A stretch of 64,000 nucleotides of DNA from a bacterium (lineage in GTDB: Bacteria; UBA8248), in the NCBI GenBank assembly GCA_965207065.1, contig OZ242260.1:2688001-2752000 (forward strand), written 5' to 3'. The stretch's first letter is position 1. Every line of letters starts with the position of its first letter. The notes under the pieces are model-generated. The model worked only from the letters and a program-made list of their open reading frames with translations. It was not told the DNA's origin and ran no database searches. Both the position numbers and the translations under genes were made by a program. Shown here piece by piece: positions 46,587 to 55,890 of this stretch.

Positions 46587-46606
46587 GGGTGAATGTGGTT
46601 TTGATC

Positions 46607-46736
46607 GTCATTCCGGCGAAAGCCGGAATCCATTTTTACGCCTTTTGTATTTCGTCAGGGTCCCCGCGCATCGACGGGGAAGGAAACGCCGCTGTTCATT
46701 CCCCCGCACCCGCAAATGGATTCCGGCTTTCGCCAG
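46607..46736. repeat. GTCATTCCGG-type palindromic element
   Basis: GTCATTCCGGCGAAAGCCGGAATCCATTT / AAATGGATTCCGGCTTTCGCC. Confidence 0.8.
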
Positions 46737-46817
46737 ATTTATTCGAAGCAGGCCTCCGCGCCTTGCGGAGCGCGGGTCGGGATTGTAGGATTCGCGCGTC
46801 TTCAAGGAGAAAGCTAA

Positions 46818-47909
46818 ATGGTGATTCACAAGAAAGAGGTCGGTATCGGTCTGATTGGCGCGGGCAAGATCGGCTCGCTCCGCGCCCATCTGGCGGCGAC
46901 TTCACCCGTGGTGAATTTCTTCGCCATATCGGACATCGACCCCCAGCGCGCCGAGGCCGTGGCCCAGCAGAACGAGGCGGCCTTTCATACCTCGGATAAC
47001 CGTGAGGTCATCGAACACCCCCAGGTGGATGCCCTCATCGTCTCCACGCCCGAGGGCGAGCACACCGAAGCCATCTGCATGGCGCTGGAAGCCGGAAAGC
47101 CCGTACTGGTCGAAAAGCCCATCGCGCTCACGCTGCCGGATGCCGACAGGATCATGGAGTCGAAGGAGAAGGGCGGCGCGGAGCTCTACATCGGCTACAC
47201 GCAGCGGATCAGGCGAAAATTCCTGGCCATCAAGGAGCACATCGACGCGGGCCGCCTGGGCGAGGTGATGACCGCGCGCATGACCATCTACAACACGCGC
47301 CCCACGGCGCGGCAGGTCTACCTGCGCGCTCCGCACGCGAATCCCTTCACGGACGAGATCACCTACATGGCGGACATGGCGCTCTGGTTCTTCCAGCCCA
47401 GAAAGCCGGTTCGCGTCTACGCGCAGGCGGGCAGCGAAGTGTTTCACGATCATCCCGACCAGATGGGCGATTACGGCTGGGCGGTCGTCACCTTCGACGA
47501 CGGGGCGGCGGCGTGCCTGGGCGGGAACTGGGCGCTGCCCGAGCACTGGCCCGCCACGGTGGCGACCATCAGCATGGACATCTTCGGGAGCGAGGGTGCG
47601 GTCCGCATCGACGACGGCCACAAGGACGTCATGATGGTGGGCAACGAGCGCGTCCCCTCGCCCTATGCGCCGGACTCCTCGGTTGAGGTCGCCTTCCTGG
47701 GCTCCGCCATGCCGGGGGACTGGGCGGTGGGCGATTTCGTGGGGCCCATGCGGGACGAAACGAGGCTGTTCCTGGAGCGTGTCACCACCGGCAAGGACGT
47801 TCCGCTCTGCGACGCGGAAACGGGCCGCGCCGTGCTCGAACTCACGCTTGCGATGGAAGAGAGCGCCCGCCGGGGCGGCGAGGTCATCGAACTGCCGTTT
47901 AAGGGATGA
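46818..47909 (+). CDS. Gfo/Idh/MocA family oxidoreductase, paralog 1
   Basis: IGLIGAGKIG; VSTP..H; VLVEKPI. Confidence 0.9.
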   Translation: MVIHKKEVGIGLIGAGKIGSLRAHLAATSPVVNFFAISDIDPQRAEAVAQQNEAAFHTSDNREVIEHPQVDALIVSTPEGEHTEAICMALEAGKPVLVEKPIALTLPDADRIMESKEKGGAELYIGYTQRIRRKFLAIKEHIDAGRLGEVMTARMTIYNTRPTARQVYLRAPHANPFTDEITYMADMALWFFQPRKPVRVYAQAGSEVFHDHPDQMGDYGWAVVTFDDGAAACLGGNWALPEHWPATVATISMDIFGSEGAVRIDDGHKDVMMVGNERVPSPYAPDSSVEVAFLGSAMPGDWAVGDFVGPMRDETRLFLERVTTGKDVPLCDAETGRAVLELTLAMEESARRGGEVIELPFKG

Positions 47910-48009
47910 AAAGGTGAAGCGAGGAGCATCGGGGTGATGAGCGGCTCCATCTCCCGCCGAGGCGCTGTCGTCGCCGGAAGCCTGAAAGCGCCGGGATCCT
48001 GGAGGGCGG

Positions 48010-48426
48010 ATGATGAGTAATCTCGATGAAACCCGGTGGATGCAAAGGCTGGAAAGCTTCGAAAACGCTCTCTCGCAACTGACGGATGCCTGCGCCATTA
48101 CGGAGTATAGCGATCTGGAGCGAGCCGGTCTGGTCCAGACATTCGAGTTCAGTTTTGAGCTCGCCTGGAACACCCTTAAGGATTTGCTGTTTTTCGAGGG
48201 TTATGACGAAAAGGTGCCCCGTTCGATTATCCGAAAGGGTTTCGAGGCCGGGTATCTCGGAGAGGATGACAGCGAGGCCCTGCTCGACGCCTTGGACAAG
48301 AGGAATCTGCTGAGCCATACCTATCGCAAGGAGATTGCGCTCGAAGCGGAAGCCCTGATCAAGAACAGCTATCACCCGACCTTGTTGCGGCTTCGCGCAA
48401 CCCTGAACGAGAAACGGCGGCGATGA
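48010..48426 (+). CDS. HEPN-domain protein (HI0074 nucleotidyltransferase substrate-binding family), putative toxin
   Basis: GLVQTFEFSFELAWNTLKD; RNLLSHTY (RX4HXY). Confidence 0.88.
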   Translation: MMSNLDETRWMQRLESFENALSQLTDACAITEYSDLERAGLVQTFEFSFELAWNTLKDLLFFEGYDEKVPRSIIRKGFEAGYLGEDDSEALLDALDKRNLLSHTYRKEIALEAEALIKNSYHPTLLRLRATLNEKRRR

Positions 48427-48752
48427 CGGGCGCTCTCAAGGACAGGCATCGCGCGGCGATCACCGCCGCTTTCGCCGCCAACGACAAGGTGGAGCGGGCC
48501 GTTCTGTTCGGTTCCAGGGCCACGGGAACCAACACCGTGACGTCGGACGTGGACATCGCGCTGTTCGGCAGCCGCCTCACCCTGACCGACCAGGCTCGCC
48601 TCGCCGCCGACATCGAAGAAATTCCCATGGCGCAGGTGGTCGATCTGGTTCTCTACGATTCAATAGACAACCCGGTGCTGCGTCGGCATATCCGGGAGCA
48701 AGGGATCGAGTGGTACCGCAGGCAGGAGGCGAGCCGTTCGAGCATAAGATGA
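48423..48752 (+). CDS. Minimal nucleotidyltransferase (MNT), putative antitoxin
   Basis: LFGSRATGTNTVTSDVD (GS-X10-DXD); VDLV; ATGA overlap with the HEPN gene. Confidence 0.88.
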   Translation: MTGALKDRHRAAITAAFAANDKVERAVLFGSRATGTNTVTSDVDIALFGSRLTLTDQARLAADIEEIPMAQVVDLVLYDSIDNPVLRRHIREQGIEWYRRQEASRSSIR

Positions 48753-48854
48753 GGCGGTTCGTCGCGCAGCTTCTTGCGCTACAGGAACAAGGCGCGAGAC
48801 GCGACGCCGCCGGACGAAGTGAAACCAGTTCTGTATATCTAGAAGGATAATAAA

Positions 48855-49943
48855 GTGAAGCAGATCGGATTGGGCATCATTGGTTCAGGGCGTATGGGGA
48901 GGCTGCGCGCGCATCTGGCGTCGGGTTCGCCCGAAGTCAAATTCCTGGCGCTATCGGATAGAGACCCCGCGCGCGCCAAACTCATCGCGGAGGAGACGCA
49001 GGCCGATTTCCACACGGGCGATAATGAAGAAGTGCTCGCGCACCCCGACGTGGACGCCGTCATCGTCTCGACGCCTGAGTTCGATCACGCAGACGCCGTC
49101 TGCCGGGCGCTGGAGCTCGGAAAGCCCGTGCTGTGCGAGAAGCCGATATCGCTGTCGCTCGATGATGCGGACAGGATTCTCGCGGCGTATGAGAAATCGA
49201 ATACCGAGCTTTTCATCGGCTACACCCAAAGACAAAGGCGCCGTTTCCTGAACGCCAAGGAGCAGATCCAGCGCGGCCGCCTGGGGCATCTGCAGACCGC
49301 GCGCGCCACGCTCTATAACGTCACCACCAACGGGGCGGAGATATACAAGCGCGCCGCCCATGCCGGCCCCGTCACCGACACGCTCACCTACATGGTGGAC
49401 ATCTGCCTGTGGTATTTCGAGGGCAGAAAGCCCAAGCGCGTCTACGCCCAGGGTGGCAGCAAGGTGTTCCCGCACCATCCGATGGGCTGCGGCGACTGGG
49501 CCTGGGCGATCCTCACCTTCGAGGACGGCGGCACCGTGAACTTCGGCTGCTCGTGGATCCTGCCCGACAACTGGCCGGCGAACATCACCTCCATCGACCT
49601 GGAAGTCATGGGCACGGAGGGGGCCATCGCGATAGACGATTCGCACAAGAACGCCGTCATGGCGACGAACAAGGGCGTGCCCTCGCCCTACGTGGACGGC
49701 ATGACGTCCGACGTGGTGTTCCTGGAATCCATGATGGCGGGCGACTGGCTGGTGGGCGATTTCTGGGGGCCGATGCGCGATGAGACGAGGCTGTTCCTGG
49801 AGCGCGTGACGATGGGCCGGAGCGTCTCGCTCGCGCTTCCCGAGCACGCCCGCACGGTGCTCGAGGTGACGCTCGCGATCGAGCACAGCGCCAAGGAAAA
49901 CAGGCCCATCGATTTCCCGCTGACGGGCGTCCATTCCCATTAA
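48855..49943 (+). CDS. Gfo/Idh/MocA family oxidoreductase, paralog 2
   Basis: GLGIIGSGRMG; VLCEKPI; shares GDW.VGDF.GPMRDETRLFLERVT with paralog 1. Confidence 0.9.
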   Translation: MKQIGLGIIGSGRMGRLRAHLASGSPEVKFLALSDRDPARAKLIAEETQADFHTGDNEEVLAHPDVDAVIVSTPEFDHADAVCRALELGKPVLCEKPISLSLDDADRILAAYEKSNTELFIGYTQRQRRRFLNAKEQIQRGRLGHLQTARATLYNVTTNGAEIYKRAAHAGPVTDTLTYMVDICLWYFEGRKPKRVYAQGGSKVFPHHPMGCGDWAWAILTFEDGGTVNFGCSWILPDNWPANITSIDLEVMGTEGAIAIDDSHKNAVMATNKGVPSPYVDGMTSDVVFLESMMAGDWLVGDFWGPMRDETRLFLERVTMGRSVSLALPEHARTVLEVTLAIEHSAKENRPIDFPLTGVHSH

Positions 49944-49955
49944 GTCCCATTCGCG

Positions 49956-50327
49956 GTGAATTTCGAAGAAAAAATTCTACTCTCGCATCAAAGTTACGAA
50001 CTCGGAAAAACCGCCTCGGGCGAGCGCTACACGCTCGCCGGCGATCTCGATGCGGAGGGAGCGGCCCGCGTCCTGGAGGCGATGGAAGCTCAGGTATTAA
50101 GCACAGACCTCACGAGCCTGGATTTGGAGGATTTGGAACTTTTGGACGGAGTTGCCGTCGCCCGGATGGTGGACCTCACCCGCCTCCTTTTGAGCGCCTC
50201 CGGGCGAGTGCAAGTATTAAAATCTCCGCAGTCTCTGGCGCACACCCTCTACCGGGTGGGGATGCTGGAGGGCGATTCGCGGCTTGAACTCATCGAACCC
50301 CGCGAGGAAGAGGGCGCGCCCAACTGA
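49956..50327 (+). CDS. STAS-like domain protein
   Basis: LAGDLDA; LDLEDLELLDGVAVA; P..LAHTLYRVG. Confidence 0.6.
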   Translation: MNFEEKILLSHQSYELGKTASGERYTLAGDLDAEGAARVLEAMEAQVLSTDLTSLDLEDLELLDGVAVARMVDLTRLLLSASGRVQVLKSPQSLAHTLYRVGMLEGDSRLELIEPREEEGAPN

Positions 50328-50380
50328 GGAAGATTGTGTTGCGCTCTCTCTAATCATAATTCTTGATTTCTGGAGTCTCC

Positions 50381-51265
50381 ATGAGTCCCGTATCACCTGA
50401 CGACCCCTATGAGAGAAAGCGCGTTAAGGTCTTGGACGCGGAGATGGCGTATATCGAACAAGGCGAAGGCGCGCCCATCGTGCTCCTCCACGGCAATCCG
50501 GCCACTTCCTATCTCTGGCGGAACGTAATCCCCCATCTCGAAAGCCTGGGCCGATGCCTCGCGCCCGACCTCATGAACAGCGGGGCGTCGGACAACATTC
50601 CGGGCGGCGGCTGCCGCTACCGGGATCACATCCCTTATCTGGATGCCTGGTTCGAGGCGGTGGGGGCAACGGAAAACGCGTTCTTCGTGCTCCACGACTG
50701 GGGCGCGGCGCTGGGCTTCAACCGCGTCTCGCGTTTCCCCGGGCAGGCCATCGGTCTTGCCTATATGGAGTCCATGGTGCGCCCGCGCCTCTGGACCGAC
50801 ATGCCCGAAGACAGGGTCGCGCAGTTCAAGACGCTGCGAGGCGAGGCGGGGCTTCAGATGGTCATGGAGGATAATTTCTTCGTCGAGACCATGTTGTTCG
50901 AGCGCGGAATCGTGCGCGATTTGAGCGAGGCGGAAAAAGCGGTGTATCGCGCGCCCACGGAGGACCCCCAGAAGAGAAGGCAGACTCATCAGTGGGCGTG
51001 TGAGATTCCCTTCGAGGGGGAACCTCGTGACAACTTCGAGATCGTGAAACGATACAGCGATTACATGCGCGCGAGCGAGAATCTCCCCAAACTGTTCATC
51101 AACTGCGAGTACGGCCACGCGCTGGCGGGGGCCGCGCGCGACTTCTGCCGCACGTGGCCGAACCAGGAGGAGACAACGATACCCACGCGCCACTACGGGC
51201 AGGAAGACTGTCCTGATGAGATCGGCCGCGCCGTGGCGGCGTTTATCCAGAAGGTGAGGGGGTGA
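50381..51265 (+). CDS. Haloalkane dehalogenase (HLD-II, DhaA/LinB-like)
   Basis: LLHGNPATSYLWRNVIPHL; APDL; VLHDWG; YMESMV; NFFVE; HYGQED. Confidence 0.9.
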   Translation: MSPVSPDDPYERKRVKVLDAEMAYIEQGEGAPIVLLHGNPATSYLWRNVIPHLESLGRCLAPDLMNSGASDNIPGGGCRYRDHIPYLDAWFEAVGATENAFFVLHDWGAALGFNRVSRFPGQAIGLAYMESMVRPRLWTDMPEDRVAQFKTLRGEAGLQMVMEDNFFVETMLFERGIVRDLSEAEKAVYRAPTEDPQKRRQTHQWACEIPFEGEPRDNFEIVKRYSDYMRASENLPKLFINCEYGHALAGAARDFCRTWPNQEETTIPTRHYGQEDCPDEIGRAVAAFIQKVRG

Positions 51266-51393
51266 ATGGGGAATCGCTTCACTGAACGGTGTATGGACTG
51301 AATTGTAGGATTATAGAAACAATGGCTTTCAAACTTTCACATCGAATTCCTCTCATATTTTAGGCGAGAGATCTGAAACGCAAGGAGTATAAA

Positions 51394-51774
51394 ATGCCCA
51401 TATACAGATTCGAAGATTTGAAGGACGTGCGCCAGAACCCCGGCCTCTCCTCGGGGCACGGGGAGACCATCAAGGGGGAGAAGATGTATTTCTGCCACCG
51501 CATCTGGGAGGCGGGCACGGAGGCGAAGCCGCATTACCACGCCTGCGAGCAGTTCATCTACATCATGCGAGGAAGGCAGAAGTTCACGATGGGTGGCGAG
51601 GAGTACGAACTGGGACCCGGCGACGTCATCCACATACCCGCGAACGAGGTCCACGCGGCGGAGATGATCGAAGAAGTCGAGGCCATCTACGTCAAGGACA
51701 CCACCTGGAGCCTGAAAGGCGTGGCCGCCGGCGAAGCCGCCCCCACCGCCCCGCCGCCCGATGATCCGTTTTAG
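51394..51774 (+). CDS. Cupin domain protein
   Basis: PHYH..EQFIYIMRG; GPGDVIHIPANEVH. Confidence 0.9.
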   Translation: MPIYRFEDLKDVRQNPGLSSGHGETIKGEKMYFCHRIWEAGTEAKPHYHACEQFIYIMRGRQKFTMGGEEYELGPGDVIHIPANEVHAAEMIEEVEAIYVKDTTWSLKGVAAGEAAPTAPPPDDPF

Positions 51775-51791
51775 GTATAGCCACCTGCATT

Positions 51792-52058
51792 GTAGGGGTC
51801 GCATATATGCGACCCTCATAGAGAAGAGAAGGCCATGGGCATCGCAATCCTTCTTCCCTTGTTGAGGTGCGTTCTTACGAAATCGGCGAATGTCAGACGG
51901 CGGGCCGCATATATGTCAGACATATATGTCTGACCCTACATGAACATCGTGTTTTTAGGGTTGCGGACCCAGCCTGTAACCACGTCAGACATCACCAGGG
52001 AGAAGAAAGGGTAGGGACAGGTCGCGACCTCGGACAGGCACAGGGGCCTGTCCCTACA
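51792..52058. repeat. Cluster of GTAG REP variants between convergent cupin genes
   Basis: GTAGGGGTCGCATATATGCGACCC; GTCAGACATATATGTCTGACCCTAC; GTAGGGACAGGTCGCGACC..GTCCCTAC. Confidence 0.75.
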
Positions 52059-52077
52059 GCCGATATCATCCGATTAC

Positions 52078-52494
52078 CTACACGGTCCCGTAAAGCTCCT
52101 CCGCCTTGGCGTCGAGGTGCTTGATGATGTCCGCCAGATCGTCCGGATAGTGGTGGTCGGCGCCCAGGTCGGGGTCTTCGGCGGGTGATTTCGCCACGAA
52201 CATCACCGCTTTTTCCGTCAGCGTCCTGCCGCCGTGGAGCGTCCCTCTGGGGATGTGAAGTATGTCGCCGGGGCCGATGATTCGCTCCTCATCGCCGAGT
52301 CTCATGTATCGCTTGCCCTCGATGATGTAGACGTATTGTTCCTCGTTGTTGTGCCAATGAGGTTTGGAGCCCGTGCCCCTGCGGTAGGTGACCACCCCCG
52401 CCTTCATGAACTCCCCGGCCAGGGGCTTGTACTCGCCCGGGTTTCCCGTGCTGAGCTGTACGTTCTCGATGGTCTCTGTGCTGTAAAATGGCAT
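52078..52494 (-). CDS. Cupin domain protein
   Basis: PHWHNNEEQYVYIIEG; GPGDILHIPRGTLH. Confidence 0.9.
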   Translation of the reverse strand: MPFYSTETIENVQLSTGNPGEYKPLAGEFMKAGVVTYRRGTGSKPHWHNNEEQYVYIIEGKRYMRLGDEERIIGPGDILHIPRGTLHGGRTLTEKAVMFVAKSPAEDPDLGADHHYPDDLADIIKHLDAKAEELYGTV

Positions 52495-52648
52495 TTTATG
52501 CGCTCCTGCAAGTGTTGTGCATACGAGATAGTTGCCAAAAGGACCCGCGAATCATAACCCGATTCCAAGAAAAGCGTCATCTCGCGTATACTTTCATCAT
52601 CCGAGAGAGTTGTTTTATTCCAGATTCTTGCATTTGAGGAGAGAGCGC

Positions 52649-53827
52649 ATGGTCGTCAACGCGGTACGCAAGGTTCCATGGTTCACATACTTTCCCGACA
52701 ATTATCGCTGGTCTTTCATCGTCTCCATCGGCCTGATGCGCGTGGCGGGCGGCGGGGCCGATACGGCGGAAATTTTTGAGGTCTGCAGGAATCTGGATAG
52801 AGACGTCGGCAACGACGATCTCTGGTTCGATGAGTGGGCAGGCATGGGTGATCGTTTGCGGGCGATGGGGATGGCGGCTTTGCGGCGCGGCCACGACCTC
52901 ACGGCGGCGGGCCATTTTTCCCGTTCCGCCACCTATCACCAGATGGCCGATCGGTTCCGTTTCCCGAAGGACAAGGTATCGCAGGGCGTGTACCGCAAAT
53001 CCATCGACAGCTTCAAGCGCTACGTCCGCCTGAACGACAGGCCGAAGACGGAGATCGTCGAGATTCCCTATGAGGGGGGCAAATCGCTGCCCGGCTATTT
53101 CATCCACGCAGAGAATACGCGTAAATCAAAACCGCCCGTGGTCGTGCTCTACACAGGTTTCGACGGCACCAAGGAATCGCCCATGGTAATCTCGGCGTTG
53201 GAACTCGCCCGGCGCGGCATGAGCGTGGTGGTGCCCGACACACCGGGCGTGGGCGAGGCCATCCGCTTCCGCAAGATTTACCTGAGGCACGACTACGAGG
53301 TGGCGGGCTCTGCGGTTCTCGACTGGCTGGAGAAGCGTAAAGACGTGAACGCGAAGCGCGCCGGCATCATGGCGTCGAGTCTGGGTGGATACTACGCGCC
53401 CAGGACCGCCAGCATGGAGCGCCGCTTCAAGGCTTGCGTCGCCCACGGCGCGATTTGGGATTACCACGCGATCTGGAAAAGGCGCATCGACGCGGCGTTC
53501 AAGATTCAGCTCCCCTCGCCGGGCAACCACCTGGCGTGGAGCTTCAACGTCAAGACGGCGGAGGAGGCCCTGGCGAAGCTGGAAGGCTTCCGGCTCGACG
53601 GCGTGGTGCAGAAGATGAAGTGCCCCTTCCTGCTGGTGCACGGGGAAGACGATCAGCAAATCCCGCTCGCGGACGCGAAATCGCTCTACAAGGCGGCGGG
53701 TTCCAAGGACAAGACGCTCCGGGTCTACAAGGGGACCGACGGCGGTTCCCAGCATTGCCACATGGATTACATCACGCCCGTCGTTGGGCACATGGCGGAC
53801 TGGATGGCCGAGAAACTGGGCGCGTAA
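52649..53827 (+). CDS. Alpha/beta hydrolase, FrsA/2,6-dihydroxypseudooxynicotine hydrolase-like
   Basis: VEIPYEG..LPGYF; GFDGTKE; DTPGVGE; ASSLGGYYAPR; HGEDD; QHCH. Confidence 0.82.
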   Translation: MVVNAVRKVPWFTYFPDNYRWSFIVSIGLMRVAGGGADTAEIFEVCRNLDRDVGNDDLWFDEWAGMGDRLRAMGMAALRRGHDLTAAGHFSRSATYHQMADRFRFPKDKVSQGVYRKSIDSFKRYVRLNDRPKTEIVEIPYEGGKSLPGYFIHAENTRKSKPPVVVLYTGFDGTKESPMVISALELARRGMSVVVPDTPGVGEAIRFRKIYLRHDYEVAGSAVLDWLEKRKDVNAKRAGIMASSLGGYYAPRTASMERRFKACVAHGAIWDYHAIWKRRIDAAFKIQLPSPGNHLAWSFNVKTAEEALAKLEGFRLDGVVQKMKCPFLLVHGEDDQQIPLADAKSLYKAAGSKDKTLRVYKGTDGGSQHCHMDYITPVVGHMADWMAEKLGA

Positions 53828-53921
53828 GGCCGGACAGGAGTTTAATGTGGCGCGACTGAGCCGGCTATACGTGCATACCTGCACGAGCGCAGGCGTTTGA
53901 CGCGTGATTGAGGAGTCATAG

Positions 53922-54743
53922 GTGGCGAAGCTGGAAATCGAGAGCCGGGGAAAAGTCGAGGTCTATTACGAGGAAGAGGGCGCGGGTGAGCCTTTGGTGA
54001 TGGTGGGCGGCTTGACGGCCACGGTGGAGGTCTGGGGCAAGCTCCGGGGTCTGCTTGCGGCGAAGTACCGCCTCGTCATGCCGGACAACCGGGGGACGGG
54101 CCGAACGAAGGCGCATCAGGACGACGGCGACCGCGCCCCGGCGCGCATGGCGGAAGACTTGCTGGGGCTGGTCGACGGGCTGGGCCTGGATTCTTTCCAC
54201 CTGATGGGCGGCTCCTACGGCGGGACCATCGCGCTCTCATTTGCGGTGAAACACCCCCAAAGAATAAAAAACCTCATCGTCGCATGCTCTCATTTCGGGG
54301 GAGACGATAAGGTCGCATCCGCTCCGGGCGTTCGCGAGACGCGCGCTAGGGGCGGTGCGCCGGATGCGAATGATGAAGAACGCCGCGCGGCCCTGGAGAC
54401 GCTCTTTCATCCCGAGACGATAGACGAACGTCCCGAGGTGGTCGCTTTCTATGACGGCTTCAAGCGCCGTTTCCCCATCAGCAAAGAGGAGATAGCAAGG
54501 CGCAACAAGGGGATGGCGGAATTCGACGTATCAGAACAGATTAAATCTCTGGATGTGCCTACGCTCGTCATCACGGGCGAGAGCGACGTTCTCGTGCCTA
54601 CCAAGAATTCAAGACTCATGGCCGGGCGGATTCCGGGCGCCGAGCTGGTAATAGTCGAGAACACGGGCCATCACTTCTATTCCGAACGCCCGGAAGCCTC
54701 GGCCGAGGCGATTCTCAGGTTTCTGTCAAGGACTACAACCTGA
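53922..54743 (+). CDS. Alpha/beta fold hydrolase
   Basis: DNRGTGRT; GGSYGG; PTLVITGESD; GHH. Confidence 0.88.
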   Translation: MAKLEIESRGKVEVYYEEEGAGEPLVMVGGLTATVEVWGKLRGLLAAKYRLVMPDNRGTGRTKAHQDDGDRAPARMAEDLLGLVDGLGLDSFHLMGGSYGGTIALSFAVKHPQRIKNLIVACSHFGGDDKVASAPGVRETRARGGAPDANDEERRAALETLFHPETIDERPEVVAFYDGFKRRFPISKEEIARRNKGMAEFDVSEQIKSLDVPTLVITGESDVLVPTKNSRLMAGRIPGAELVIVENTGHHFYSERPEASAEAILRFLSRTTT

Positions 54744-55570
54744 TGAAGGTTCCCGCTTTTGAGACGCTGCTGTTCGAGGTGCGCGGCCACGTCGCGATCG
54801 TGAGCCTGAACCGCCCCGAGCGGCTGAACGCCATGAACCGCGTCATACTGCGCGAATTGAACGAGGCGTGCGATTTCATCGAGGCGGAAGACGCCCTGTT
54901 CGTCGCCGTTCTCACCGGAGAAGGCAAGTCGTTTTCCTCAGGCTTCGATCTCAAGGAACAGGCCGAGAACACGCCGGTCGGTTTCGCCGAGTGGCGGCGC
55001 GCGCTCAGGCAGGATTTCGACGCCGTCATGCGCTTCTGGAACTTATCGAAACCCACCATCGCCGCCGTGCGCGGTCACGCCTTGGCGGGAGGCTGCGAGT
55101 TGGCTTTGGCGTGCGACGTCACCGTGGCGGCGGAGGACGCCGTGTTCGGCGAGCCCGAGCTCAAATTCGGCGCGGGGATTGTCGTCATGCTCCTGCCCTG
55201 GCTCACGAACCCCAAGCTGGCGAAGGAGATCATCCTGACAGGAGAAGACGGCGTATCTGCCCAGGACGCCCACCGCATGGGGCTGGTGAATCGCGTGGTT
55301 CCCGAAGCCCAGGTGATGGATACTGCGATGTCACTGGCCGGGAAAATGACGCGGGTGGACCAGAGCCTCTTGCGGGCCACCAAGCTTGCGCTCAACCGCA
55401 CATACGAGATCATGGGGATGGGCCGCGCCCTCGAGGCCGCGCTCGACCTGGATCTGATGATCGAGGGCAGGGGCACGGAGGATAAGGCCCGCTTCCTGGA
55501 GATTGCGCGGACCGAGGGCCTCCGCGCCGCCGTCGCCTGGCGCGACGCCAGGTTCGAGGGTTCGGAATAA
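54743..55570 (+). CDS. Enoyl-CoA hydratase/isomerase family protein
   Basis: LNRPERLNAM; FSSGFDL; KPTIAAVRGHALAGGCEL; FGEPE. Confidence 0.93.
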   Translation: MKVPAFETLLFEVRGHVAIVSLNRPERLNAMNRVILRELNEACDFIEAEDALFVAVLTGEGKSFSSGFDLKEQAENTPVGFAEWRRALRQDFDAVMRFWNLSKPTIAAVRGHALAGGCELALACDVTVAAEDAVFGEPELKFGAGIVVMLLPWLTNPKLAKEIILTGEDGVSAQDAHRMGLVNRVVPEAQVMDTAMSLAGKMTRVDQSLLRATKLALNRTYEIMGMGRALEAALDLDLMIEGRGTEDKARFLEIARTEGLRAAVAWRDARFEGSE

Positions 55571-55890
55571 AAGTTCCCCGCTAAATCCCGATTCGGCTAT
55601 GATGCGTGGTTGAATCGGGCAATCACCTCGCACGCTCCCAAAGAGGCTTCGCCCCGATAACAAAAAAGCCACCAAGGTCCGCATCATCAACAAACATCAT
55701 TGAGAGAGGCGTGGTGGCTATGTTGGATTCAATATACGGGTCGAGTCGTAGTGATATCAAGCGAAATCAAAATCGAAGTTTGCACTATTTTTGGATGAGT
55801 TTGATAAAGAAGTTGTCTGCATTTCGTGTTCGGTATACATAGCTACTTTGATTTGATATTTTTTGTTCACTCTAGGAGGGAAGTTAAAAG

